Positions 1-12,500 of a stretch of 64,000 nucleotides of DNA are shown piece by piece. Within the stretch, counting starts at the first letter, position 1; each line of letters begins with the position of its first letter. The translations under genes were made by a program, and so were the position numbers. This stretch comes from Amphiscolops sp. MND2022 (Eukaryota), in contig OZ076409.1 in assembly GCA_964187785.1 (NCBI GenBank), forward strand, positions 97,590,001-97,654,000. The letters are read 5' to 3'. Under the pieces are notes generated by a model that saw only the letters and a program-made list of their open reading frames with translations, was not told where the DNA came from and did no database searches.

Positions 1-1288
1 TCAACAATTTCGTCCAGTTATCGTTCCAAGGATGAAATGGCAAATACAGTCCTAATATACAATAGTGTTAGAGATAAACTGATCCTTTATTTGTAAAAAA
101 AAAGAATTGGACCAAAACAAAACTAGCTCTGATTTCTGCTATAACCCAAGTTATTTGAAAATCAAATAAACATTCCAAAGTTTTCTTGGGCACTTGAAAT
201 GTAGGTTTGCACATAATGAAGAAACTTCCTAATTTCATTTTTCATTGATTATATTTACTACTGAATTGGCATATGGGACATCATTTTGGACAATTTTGTA
301 CCATTTGGCACCTAATTTGACATTCAATTTGTCCTTCCAATCCCTTAAATTCATGTGTAAAATTTAGAATAAACGAAATCCCGATGTAAAATGCTAGCTG
401 TTTGCATGCAGTCCAAATCATTTCTTACAAATAAGGGTTCAGTTCTTTTCTTACACTATTGTACCTGTAAATATCATTGATATCAAAACATGTTAAATCA
501 TTCAATCAGTCGAATTTAGAAAATAGGTCTCGAACAGCAAACTTCAATTTATTGCAATTTAGCGTCATATCAGCCAATATCGAAAATACTGGTTGTATGA
601 CTCCAGGTCGGCATTCGTCAAAACCAGCAGCTGGACTAGTAGCGGCACGTCGCTCCGCTTGGCTTCGCTCTTGCATTTAGGGCATTAGGGGTATGTGAAC
701 ATAGCTGATTACGCTACAATAATAATTCGACGAAATCTGACATGCGTTTTCAACTTGGTGAATTCTTTTCGGTTCCAAATTTTTAGCCAATCAGATTGCA
801 GTATAAACAAATACTCTGCTGCTTGAGATCAATTTTTGATTTTCGACTGTTTTTGATTTTCGATTGTTCGGGATTTTGGCTATTTGGGAATTCCCCGAAA
901 TATTAACTAGAGAAATCCCATTAGTTGAGATCAAAGTTTAGGCCTTACATCGATTTCTCCTTTGATAACAAACTCATATAACAGACATAACTAAGAGATT
1001 CTACACGCTACAATTTAAGCTGGAAAGAAGTTACAACAGGTTCTGGAAAAATTTTATTTTCTGCAATAATTTAAAAACAAAATCTCAACTCATCGAGCGT
1101 AATGGAGAGGCAAATGAAGGCACATAAATTAGGGAAATACAAAAGACAATTCTGGGAAAACTGCATTATCTGAAAATGGGCATATAAAATTTATGATAAT
1201 TCAAGAGCGGGAAGCAACATAAAAGGAATCTGACTAATACATCGTCACAATTAAAAATATAATCTGCACTAGGGAGCCTTACTGTTAT

Positions 1289-1668
1289 CAGGGTTGTAAA
1301 AAACCGTTCTTTTTAGAAAAACGTCGTTTTTGAAGTCTTTTTCCAAAGCCGTTTTTCGACAATTTCTATCAAAACGCGGGGTGTGAAATACTTAAATTAT
1401 AAGTATGATGGTATACAAATTAAAAATTTCAACAAAACGCATCCAAAAGTTGAATTTCTCTGCTTTTTTAGGCAAAAGCTCAGTTTCTGAACTTTCTCGT
1501 GGGACAATTTGTGCTGATTGAGTATAGCCCATAGTACTAGATACATAGATACATGCCCAAACATAGATGTCAAGAAAGACGATCAATAAATATCGACAAA
1601 AAAACCGGCGAATTAATTCTCGAATTAAATCGCGATTTGAATCGGTGCGAATTTTTTTGACAACCCTG
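1289..1668. mobile_element. hAT MITE
   Basis: TIR CAGGGTTGT/ACAACCCTG; 8-bp TSD ACTGTTAT/ACTGTACT. Confidence 0.72.
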
Positions 1669-4652
1669 ACTGTACTTCAGTCACAAATGAAAGTTACTCG
1701 ATTTCGATATATCAATAGAATTTATTACCTTTGAAGCCGCAAAAAAAGACAGGGGTGAACATTGATGGCACTGTATTACTGGGTTTCGACAACCATCATG
1801 AGTTTGAATTCAAATTGAAAACAACTAAACTACCAACAACTCAGTAGAGAAGTATTATGATATTCAACATCACGGTTTTGGCACCGCTATTCAGCAATTT
1901 AGCGAATTAGCGGCCGCGCAGGATTTATTAACGATTTTATTAGCGATTCAAATTAGTGGCAACTAATAGATTGTCCAAATTCAAAATTCCTCGGAAAATA
2001 CACTGAGTTTCAAAATGAATTTTGAAAATTTCAACTCTTACCCTTGTAAAAACCAGGCAGTATGAATGATTATAATCTTTTTTTTGCACAACACGATATC
2101 AGGGAAGTGTTCTGTGGGGTTAAAACTATGATTGATTTTAGAAAAAAATATATGTCTCAATTTTGATCTAAGTAACGAGTTCTTCGATTATTTTTTTCTG
2201 GCTCGAAATCTCAAAGTAGCATAGTACTTAAAATTTCTGCGACAGTGCCTTCCTACACATCAACAAAGGTCCTCTCTCAACAAAGGTCCTCTCAGGTGTC
2301 ATTTCGAATGGAAGGACTTGATTTGTACTGCCCGGGCGAAAAGTGTTTTGGTTCAGGAATTTGTAAATTGAACCCTTGTTTATTCATATTAACATTGGAA
2401 AAACACAAAAGGAAAATGCACAAAAGAAGATAAAAAAAGAATACAATAAAAGCAAGCTATAGCTATCTTCAATAATATAAGTTAATAGTCCACTGATTGT
2501 CACGGACTGGGGAAGAGAGCGACTCGCTACTCACTGGTTAAAGAACAACAGATTGCTGTACCAAGTTTATGGAGTCCGTTGCGGCTACACTTTTAAAATT
2601 GAGAAAATGTTTGAAGAGTCAAACAGACTAAGTTATTTAAAGCTCTTATAACCCAGTCAAAGATTTTCAGACTTTAGATAAGAGTCCAAGGACTAATCAA
2701 ATCTTTGCTGAACAAAGGCGGTGTGAAAACTTCGAAATGAACTAATAGTTAAATGGAATGGATGTAATAGTTAAATGGATCGAACTGAAAATAGTTCAAG
2801 ACTTACTTGCTTTTACTTCAAAGTAAAATTGAAAATAGTTTAGGTTAGAACTAAGCGAAGTCTCAGCAAAATGAGAGCGAAAGCTCCAAAAAACTGAAAA
2901 GATTTGACTCAGTAATGATGCGCGCTGGTGGTGGGGATGGAACACGAGAACCAACATCATGGAGAACCAACGACTTCTTCCAAAGTCGAACAAAAGGGTC
3001 GATAAAGTTTTGCCGAAACAGCTCAAAACGTGCAAATCTTTGAACGTTCACAAGTGTGTACCAGGGGCGTCGACATGAAAGACCAATTTCACTACACTGA
3101 GCATTTTTGAAACGAATTTTACACGATATTCTCCAATTAGCGTCTTCCAAATATAACTAAAAGAAAAGTAATAAAAAATGGAAGGAGTGGTTTGGTAGGA
3201 ATGGAAATGGAACGCAGCCGGAAGGAAAGGAAGTGGAATCAATAAAAAGTCTCTTTATCTAGCAACTTCGAAATGAATGTGCTTTTAGATTATAATACCT
3301 TTTTGATGCGTGATTGCTGTGGAACAAATTTCCCTATTGCATTCATTTAAGTAATGGATAGCAGTCATTAGTAATTCAACCAATATCTAGGGAACTGATC
3401 AGTTTCTTTTCACACCGAATTTTTACATTGTGTAAAAAGAAACAAGCCGAGAACGGCCAAAGTCGGCGCTATGTCTAAGGCTCAAAAAGTGCAAAATTTT
3501 CAAAATATGCTCATGACGTTTTTATGAAAAACTCACAAAAAAGATTCACCCAAAGGAAGCCTTCCGTGTTGGGAAAACGCTTCAGAAGTTCGGATATAGC
3601 GACTGGGCCAAATGCGAGCACTTGTTTTCGAACCTCTGCCTCCTCCTCAGTGAAACGGAATATACGTCGGAAATAACGTCAAAAATTCGGATATAGCACT
3701 TTACTCCGGATATTACGTTCAAATTTCGGATAATATTGAAAGAAATGATTGGTGGATCTGTATTGAGAAAACCTTATGTAAGATGAAAAATGACAATTTT
3801 GAACAGTCTCATAGTGCCGAAAAATCTGAAAGGGGGACTATTTGGGATTTTCAAACATGTACTATGTTCCAAAATATCAAAAAAAATTGAAGGGGGACCC
3901 TTTGGTACAATCAAAAAATTTTTGAAAGTCCCATAGTGCCGACAAAATCCAAGCTATAAACACCCAGATAGCCAAAGTGGGGATCCTTAGTTGCTTTCAA
4001 GGTTCTGGACGTCAGTTTTATAATTTTGGATGAGGTTCTAAGGTTTGCGGTATGTTTTGGTCAAACTGGACAAATGAACAAAAAAGTGGACCTTACGCGA
4101 GTGGAAAAAACTACCCACTGTAAGAGTCTACTAAAATGCGCCGACTAAAAATGACAAAAATTTTGGAAAAGACATGAACAATTCGGGTGAGAAGGAAAAG
4201 CAATTACTTGTCTTCTAATTTGTTTTACATTTGCGAAGGCAACGCTTTTTCTAGTTCATTACAGCTGAAAAAAAAACAGTATTGATTACCAGAGGGTCGG
4301 TCGTTTCTTTGATTCATCACATGGAAATTTGGTGGGTTCCGAATTTCAAAGGAATAAAGGTGGACCCTGTAACACTTCGAAAAGAACGCCGAGCCTTTGA
4401 TTGAGAGCTTATACGCCCTAAAAAATCAAAATGATTACTTATCTGAGTTTCCAATTTATTAGATATGGAAATTGTGCCTGGGTTAAAATCTTTGATATTT
4501 CCCAAGTGAAATTGAAAAAAAAACCGAAGGAGGTGCTTGAAGACTTGAAAAGGTTGTCGGGCCTGGCGAGCTCAGAAAATTCATTCCTTCCTCAAAAATC
4601 TCAAAACCTAGTTTCGACAACCAATTTTGCTCAAAACAACTAACAAACAGAA

Positions 4653-5063
4653 ATGCCCAGCTGGGAAGAGCTCGACCAAATTGACCATTTCGCCTGGGGC
4701 GTCGCCAACAGGAGGTGCAGGGCCTCGTGTATTCTTGACGTCTCCAGTGAGACATACGACACACTGAGAATGATTTGTGGTAATGAGGTATGTTTTTCAT
4801 TGTTTTCTGAGCACTTGATCGTTGAAGGTTCATCTCAAAAACGACCGTTCACAATTTTTCTGCTGCAGGGGACCCAGGCTTACAACGAGGGGACCAGTAC
4901 TCAGTCCGTGCTGGATGTGTTGGCCTTTTGGCAAATATGCAAACACCAGCACGGGCTGGTCCACGCGTGTTTGGGTGCCTGGATGAATGGTACCCTCGAT
5001 CAGGGTACACCCCAGGCCGTTCAAAAACTTGTACATAATTCCTACAAGTGCCCAGTGTGTTGA
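4653..5063 (+). CDS. Orphan two-exon gene (4653-4787, 4869-5063; 109 aa), function unknown
   Basis: GC-richer exons around an AT-rich GTATGT...CTGCAG intron; a paralogous exon at 5362 is conserved at the protein level. Confidence 0.5.
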   Translation: MPSWEELDQIDHFAWGVANRRCRASCILDVSSETYDTLRMICGNEVCFSLFSEHLIVEGSSQKRPFTIFLLQGTQAYNEGTSTQSVLDVLAFWQICKHQHGLVHACLGAWMNGTLDQGTPQAVQKLVHNSYKCPVC

Positions 5064-5361
5064 GGCTGACGAGCTCGAAAAATTCATTCCTTGCTCAATT
5101 TCTCAAAACAGACTGTTAAATTCTCCCTTTCTAAAAACACCAAAATATACTTTCCAGAGGAGAGGTGGATAATCTCGACCGTTATTCTTGGGGCCTTTGC
5201 AACAAAAATGACAGAACATCATGTCTGCAGGAAGTATAAAAACTAACATGGGACGCTCTTCTCATGATATGGAGCGAAGAAGTAGTTTAAATCTTATTCA
5301 GTTTTGGTTACATTCGCTTCAGATTCAACACTCGAGAATATTCAACACCTTTTTACTACAG

Positions 5362-5530
5362 GGAATCCAATCATACATTGACGGAAGCAGGGTGGAGCCC
5401 GTGCTCAATCTGTTCGCCTTCTAGGCGATCAGAAAGTACGAGCGCGAGCTCCTGCTCGCATGTATGGAGGCCTGGAGGAAGGGTGTTCTCGATGCGGGTA
5501 TCCTTCAGGCCCTCCAAAACAATCAAAAAC
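5362..5530 (+). pseudogene. Paralogue of orphan exon 2 with TGG->TAG
   Basis: tacag| GIQSYIDGSRVEPVLNLFAF*AIRKYERELLLACMEAWRKGVLDAGILQALQ aligns without gaps to exon 2. Confidence 0.55.
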
Positions 5531-6597
5531 AGCTATCATTATTTTTGCATCAAAAATAAATTCAAATCGATTATCTGCATGTTTTTTGTCTGTGCTTGTT
5601 ACATTAACAAAACTATTAAGCTGACTCTATCTGTTTTCAGGTTTTATGGAGAAATAGCACGTAATTGTTAAGTTTTCTAGAATCATTAAGTATTCACATT
5701 ATGAACATATCCAAATTCTCTCCGGAAAAGGCGGTCGACATGAATACTTTTCTGAACAATTCTCCAAACCTACACTTGACTTCTTGTTGTTTCGAGCCCT
5801 CTCTCGACCAGGGTGTCAATTCGTCTTTGTCTTCCCGACATTCTCTACAATTCGATCACAATACCACCGAGTCAGTTGTACTTTTTCGAGCAAGAGAATT
5901 CAGTTTCTTCCAGACAAAAAATGACAGTTGATTGCGAAATGGGTTAAAGGGAACAAAAGTGTTTCAACACTGTCACCTCAAGATATTACGGAAAAACTAT
6001 TGCTCTGGAACAGTTTGCACAACGAAAGGGGTCAAACTAGTGATTGGTCTGGCGAAACGTAATCAACTTCTTCCAAAGTCGAATAAAAGGGTCGATTAAG
6101 TTTTGCCGAAACAACTCGAAACGTGCAAATCTTTGAACGTTTACAAGTGTGTACCAGGGGCGTCGACATGAAAGACCAATTTCACTAAACTGAGCATTTT
6201 TGGAACGAATTTTGCACGATATTCTTCAATTAGCGTCTTCCAAAAATACCTAATAGCTAAGTTATCGTTTTCATTTAACACTACTAATCATCGAGACTCA
6301 CTTTTAGAATTTGAATCTACTTTTGTATATATTCAATCACTTATTTGTTTTACGCTATAACTGTAACGACAACATCATAGAAAAATGGAGAAAAATGAAA
6401 AATTCTGAAATGAGGGTTCATTGTCATATTCTGGTTGGAATTTATATTCAAACATGACAGCACGGTCTTGACTCACGGAAAAACTTAGTTTTAGCCACTT
6501 TTTGAATTTTAAAACTCGGAATTTTACCTGTCAATGACTATCATGAACACCAATCGTGATATATCATTGATAAGACGAAAAAGATCCTTTAAAAAAA

Positions 6598-7171
6598 GGC
6601 CCCTCCGGGGCACACTATTACTTCAGCTTCAATCTTTCATTAACAATAGAATCATATCTGGAATACCAATACACTCCTGTTTAAACACTATTCAGCGCAC
6701 AATTAATCATTGTACCAGTTTATACCGCCTTTAAATCTGTTGTTAAAAATCTGTACATAAAAATATCATCAATTATTTCTTTTGTGTTGACTAGAATCAA
6801 TTCAGTCTTTTAGTAGTAGTGGTAAATCTCGGACTGAAGCAAATATATATTTGAATGCAGGCGAAGCACTCCGGGAACGAATAATTCACACTCATTCGCT
6901 TCATCTCATTAACTCGGGGCAACGACAGCACAATTACGAACATTCGCTCGCTTCATCTCAATGACGTCAGCGTACGAATGCATAATTACCAATTGCTCGT
7001 TCCATCGCACGAAAATTGAATTGTCGTCAGCAGCTTGAGAAATTTAATTCTCACGCTTACAGTCACTGCCGAACAAAATATCTGAATTATTCAGTATCGT
7101 GCGATAGAATTTTACTGAAAAAAGTAGACATCTTCAGATTTCAATATTATTCCTGCTATCGCAGAAATAAT
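6598..7171 (-). mobile_element. Helentron/DINE-1-like non-autonomous element, family A
   Basis: Subterminal inverted repeat ATTATTTCTGC (degenerate at one end here), partial IR beside the 5' subTIR, GC hairpin GCCCC..GGGGC next to a T-run, no TSD. Confidence 0.62.
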
Positions 7172-8758
7172 TTACTCCTCCGAAAGAGAAAAATCCCATG
7201 AGGCAAAAAATTTTTAAACACTTCAAATTTACAAAAAAAACGCCGTTTTGATGCAAAATTTAGGTTCATGGCGAACAATTAGACGAATTTCATGTGCCCA
7301 TGTCTCATGTCTAGGGTACTCATATTTTGACATGAACTTTTCTCCAGCCTCTTTGTTTTCACATTGACTTGATGTAGGACTGAAAAAAGCAGTTAGAGTA
7401 GCTCGTGTTAAGCTTGCTTCACCATTCAACACTCTAGTACTATGAAAGTTTTTTTTCCGTTTTTTCCACACTGCAAAAGAAAGTTTGACTCGAAATGTAT
7501 ATTTTAAAATAATTTCTTTCACGAAAAAACACGCTTTAAGTAAGCTATCCACTCTGGTCACTGCTGAAGCTTCTTTAACACAAAATGAGTTCTTTGCAGT
7601 AAATTACCATTTTTGCTTTCAGAATATTGTTGTTGGAAACAATGATTTACATATTGACCAAGCGTAAAGATGTGGAACGTATATTTGCTTATAGGACACA
7701 TTTCGGAGCCTCGGCAATCCTAATGAAGAAACGACGAGTGGAAAATTCTTCAGTCCTTTCTCCTACCGCTACATTTACTGCATTTAGTTGGTGCTCAAGT
7801 TACCGTTAATACGGCAAAAAAAAGGCTGATCGAACGACGACGACGACAACCAGGAGGAGCAAGAAAACATTGGCGACAACGACGACCAAGGTGTTTTCGA
7901 TTTGACAGCTCCTAGTCCGCCACAACTTCCTCGTCAATACTCTTGTTTTGATATAATGTTCGAAAAGTATGATTTGAAAGAAACTGATCGCACATATCCA
8001 GGTTGTTCGAGTCTGGAATTGATAAGAGAATTGTTAAGATAAGATTGTTTGGAAAACACGCTAGTGCCTATTATTGAGAATCAACTGGTAACACAAGAAT
8101 TCGAAGAATCCTTACGGTTGTCTCATTTTCTGTCAAATTAAACAGATGTTCATCAATCTAGTCAGAATGCCCTCGTCAATACCATTTGCGGCTTCAAATT
8201 AAATACTTATGATATAAGTTCAGAACAAACTGCTTTCCTATAAAGATCTGGCGATACAAATTTGAACAAAATCAAAATTAAAGAATTCTTTTGAAGAAAA
8301 CAACGTCAAAAATTTATAGGTTGTCTTCAAGTAGCAAGACGACTATAGCAACACAGATGAACCTTACAAACGACAGCCAACTTACTACCCCCTTACTAAA
8401 TTGTAGTTCCATTTGAGACAGTAATTAGAGCAAGAAATGAGACTTCCCCCTCCAAGTCTGACAGCGAAAAGGCTTACAAAATTCGAAGTAACACGAGCTA
8501 ACCCAAAATTCGAGCAAGTTTTCTCGCTCAAATAGGGCTCCAAAATTAGTATCACTTGTCATCATTTCATAAATTAAGCAACGATGATTTTAATGTTAGT
8601 CGGCCTAGACCATAAGGATTTGAAGACTTGTTCAAAACAGTTCATTTTTGGGGTTTACTCTGCGGTAGGTCAATAAGGAAAATAAGGAAGGGGCGGGCTA
8701 TCGTTGATAAGAATCACAGAATGGATTCATATTCGATTGGCGGCAAAGAAAGCTTTTG

Positions 8759-9181
8759 GCTCTTTTCTGCCCCCCCCCCCCCCTTCATCAATTTTTACAA
8801 AGAGGGAAGTTTACCAAAAATATTTCAAAATTGTTGAATTCGAAGTGAAATTTTTCACACTACAGGGGGTAAACTTCTATTGGAATCGCTTTTCGTTTGA
8901 ACAAAAACACATTTTCCACACAATTTGACTGTGAATATATTGAAAATTAACTGTTTTTCTTGTGACTCAAAACAGGAAGCTGTTAATTTCTTCACCAAAA
9001 ATGCGTGACTTCATGAGGAAAAATAGAGTGAACAAAGTTTGTATCTGAATTCTAGACAGTCATCCTGAAAATAAATAAAAGTGAAGATTCCTAATTTAGC
9101 GCTAAGTCTATTTATTTTAATGTTTTCACAAAAAAAATCAAAGAATAGGCGGTGGGGGGGGTTTGGCGGACAGAAAAGAAC
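8759..9181. mobile_element. MITE abutting the KLHDC8 stop codon; same family at ~9835-10283
   Basis: Inverted ends CTTTTCTG(C)n / (G)n..CAGAAAAG; shared internal sequence between the two copies. Confidence 0.6.
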
Positions 9182-9190
9182 TAAAATTTT

Positions 9191-9512
9191 TTAGTTCACT
9201 TTGATTTCCAATTTTTCGAGGGAGCCACAAATTTTCTGGACACTGAAGCCTCCGTAAACGTACAGCTTGTGTTTGTATTCTAGAACATGGGGAGCGAATC
9301 TTGGCGTGGGCATCGTGTTCTTGAACTTAGCCCAGGATCTGTCCTCTGGAGAGAATACTTCAATGTGATTGGTCGGTTCCACCTGAGTCCTGGCATTGAT
9401 GGTAACTCCCCCAATGGCAAACAGCTTGTTTGCGAAACACGCCGTGCCAAAATCAGCTCTGGGGGTAAACATGTTGGGCATCTGCTCCCATGAATTGGCG
9501 CGGAGATCAAAC
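9191..9512 (-). CDS. KLHDC8A: KLHDC8-like exon 6 (last)
   Basis: ttccag| FDLRANSWEQMPNMFTPRADF...LEKLEIKVN TAA. Confidence 0.92.
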
Positions 9513-12500
9513 CTGGAATGGGAGGAAACTCAAAATCACGTTGAATAATGGCATACTATAAATTAGTTAGGGCCACAGAGCTCACCCTGTATGTAGCACT
9601 TATTGGTACAGAGGTTAATCGGTTTAGGGGAAAAAATTGCGGGTTCGAGTCCCTGTGGCAGCCAGCAACTTTTTCGTGCCTTTGCAAAACTGGACGAGAC
9701 AAAACGGTCCCCTTTTTCAATTAAATTTAAAGAGGAGTAAAAAGTGGAGATTTGGCAGAATTTGGCAAAAAAGACACACCACAGATGGCGATTTTTCTCT
9801 CCTACATAACAGATTGTGGGGGCGGAAAATAACGGGCTCTCCCCTGCCTCACCACTAAATTTTTTGAAAGTAAATCTTTAAAAAATCAGACTGCCTAACT
9901 AAAAGTAAATTCCTTTTCTATAACAGGAAGTTAACGTCTATTAGGATAGTTTTTGTTCGAACAAAACATTTTTCCTTCACTTTGACTGATTTTGTTAGAA
10001 TTAACTTTTTCGTGACTCGAAACAGGAATCTGTTGATATCTTCATCAAGAATGCGTGCACAGTCTAGAATTGAAATACAAACTTTGTTCACATTTTTTTG
10101 CCAATGGGACCATGGTTTCATTGGCAAAAAATGTGAACAAAGTTTGTATTTCAATTCTAAATTGTCATCTTGAAAAATTAAGAAAGTCAAAATCGAGGTT
10201 TCTGGTTTGTCTTTTTGCTATAATATGTTCCCTAATTTTCCGAAAAAAATTTTGGTGGTGTTGGGGGATAACAGAAAAGGGCCAATAACAACTGATCCAC
10301 GCAAGAGGCGGCGTGACCTGACCTGACCTGACCTGTGCATGAGATTGGAGGCGTTGGGGGTAGTGGTGGGGTAGTCCATGCCGCCCAGAAGATAGAAGTC
10401 GGGGTCTTGTGGTCGGTTGAACTCCTGGTAGAACACCTTTTTGGCGGGACACGGAGGCAACAGCTTCACCTGGTTGTCGTCGAACGAGTACACTTCTAAA
10501 CCATCACACGGCAACTTGCCTTCCCGCCCTCCGGACACATACAGTCTAAACGGAAGGAATGGTCGTCTAAACGCCACCGCCAATCAATTGGACATATAGA
10601 ACAACATCATCAGGGTTTTGACATCGCTAATTTTTTCCGCAAATCGCTAAACCGCTAATTTGAAAATCGCTATTTCGCTGAAAAGCTTTTTCTGCAAACT
10701 ATTAAATGTTTAGCTTCAAGTATGTTTCAAAATAACTTATTCGGTTTTTGGAAGAAAAAAGACTAGAATTTTTTGTACTGCGCTTGTTTTACAAGGATAA
10801 CAGTTGGAATTTTTCCGAAATTCATTTGAAACACCGTCTATACCCAAAAGAAATTTTCAATTTGGAGGGTCTGTTAGTTACCGCTAATTTGAATCGCTAA
10901 TGAGATCGCTGAAAAATTCATGCGCGGCCGCTAATTCGCTGATTAGCGGTGTCAAAACTCTGAACAACATACATCTCAAGAGGGATGTAAAATATTGTAT
11001 TTAATTACTATTCTTAGAAAAAATATATTTTTTGTTTCCGGCTAACAATAAATTAAATTAAATATATTTTCCAATATTGTGAGAAAAATATATATAGTTC
11101 GAACATATATTTTGTTTCTACACTTCTTGGACTGTAGTTATAGCCGTCAATAATTTTACGAAACTTGTTGGAACGATTTGTCTACGCGACTAGTAACTAA
11201 ATCCGAATTCTTTACGACAGTTGGCCGAGAAACTAAATTAATTTTCGTGTATTTCGCGGAAAAATTAAAAAAAATACATTTTTATTAATCTATCTATTTT
11301 TTCTCTCTTCTTTTTCTCTTAATCTATGTATCTCCTTATATAAGGACCGCGGGTACTGAAACCGGGGTTTGGTGTTGTAAGAGAAGATACCTTTTTGCCC
11401 TTATTACATGGAGGGCGTGTGAGTGAAAAGAGCTTGGGTGTCAGTACGCTTCAATATGCAGAGCCTCCTTACAGTGTCAATAACGGTGCCATAAAATAAA
11501 TCTGGAAAACATCGGTAAGTAGAGGGTAATTTACAAATTAGGACAATGTATCTCAAATTTTAATGATCGTCAAATATTACTTGGTTTTGTGGGAATACAT
11601 TTGTTTTATTGTTTGCCGACATTACATGAATTCGCTTTGAATTAAATTTCTCTTCTTTTTTTTCCGGTTTTTCGCAACAAGACGTACGTTAATCAATGGT
11701 ATTCCAAGTATACATTTTCCCTGAAGGATCCGACCTTATTGACACTGAATAAATATGTCGTTTCCAATCCTTTTTGACGAAATTTACACTTTTTTCTTAA
11801 ATCATAAAGCTGTATGAGACCAAGACGTCTTTTTACTCGGCGCCTTTTCCCGTAAGGAAAAAAGCCTGACTATTACAGTGGGTAGTTTTTTTTAGTCGGC
11901 GCATTTTCCTTTAAGGAAAAAAGCCCGACTATTACAGTGACTAGTTTTTTTTTTTTCGTCAGACCACAGAGCTCATCGCGTATGTACCACTTTTTACAGA
12001 AACTGATAAGTTCACTCAGGCCAAGTTTCACCAATGCAAACTTACTGCAAAGGGTCCCCCCTTTCGTTTTTTACCTTTTTTACGTAACCTACAAAACCGG
12101 AAGACTCCAAAGGGTCCCCCCTTTCAATTTTTTTTCGGCACTGTGCGAATTTTTTTTCGGAAATTTTTAATTTTTCAAAAGAGTCCCCCCTTCAGATTTT
12201 TTGATATTTTGCAACAGAAAGTATGTTATTGAATCCCAAAGGGTCCCCCCTTTTCATTTTTCGGCACTATGCGACGTTTTCGAAGTTTTTTTCAAAAAAA
12301 AAATTTTTCAAAAAAAAATTTCAAATATTTTTTTGTTTCCAGTCGAGAAAAGTGATTTTCCAGTCATATCGAGCATGAAAGGCACACTTTGGGTGTCTCG
12401 AAAGTGTTTTCAAAGCTTTTCATGAATACATCCTGGGCATATTTAGAAAACTGAGCTTTTTGAGCCTTAGATATAGCGCCGACTTTAGACGTTCCCGTCT

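Larger units (their letters stand above)
2965..6245. repeat. ~185-bp direct repeat pair (2965-3150 and 6060-6245)
   Basis: Highly similar copies; each is preceded on the minus strand by an AG acceptor. Confidence 0.8.

Noticed and set aside
5066..5090. CTGACGA-GCTC-GAAA hammerhead
   Set aside because: Stem II is too short and the paralogous motif at ~4563 lacks the boxes
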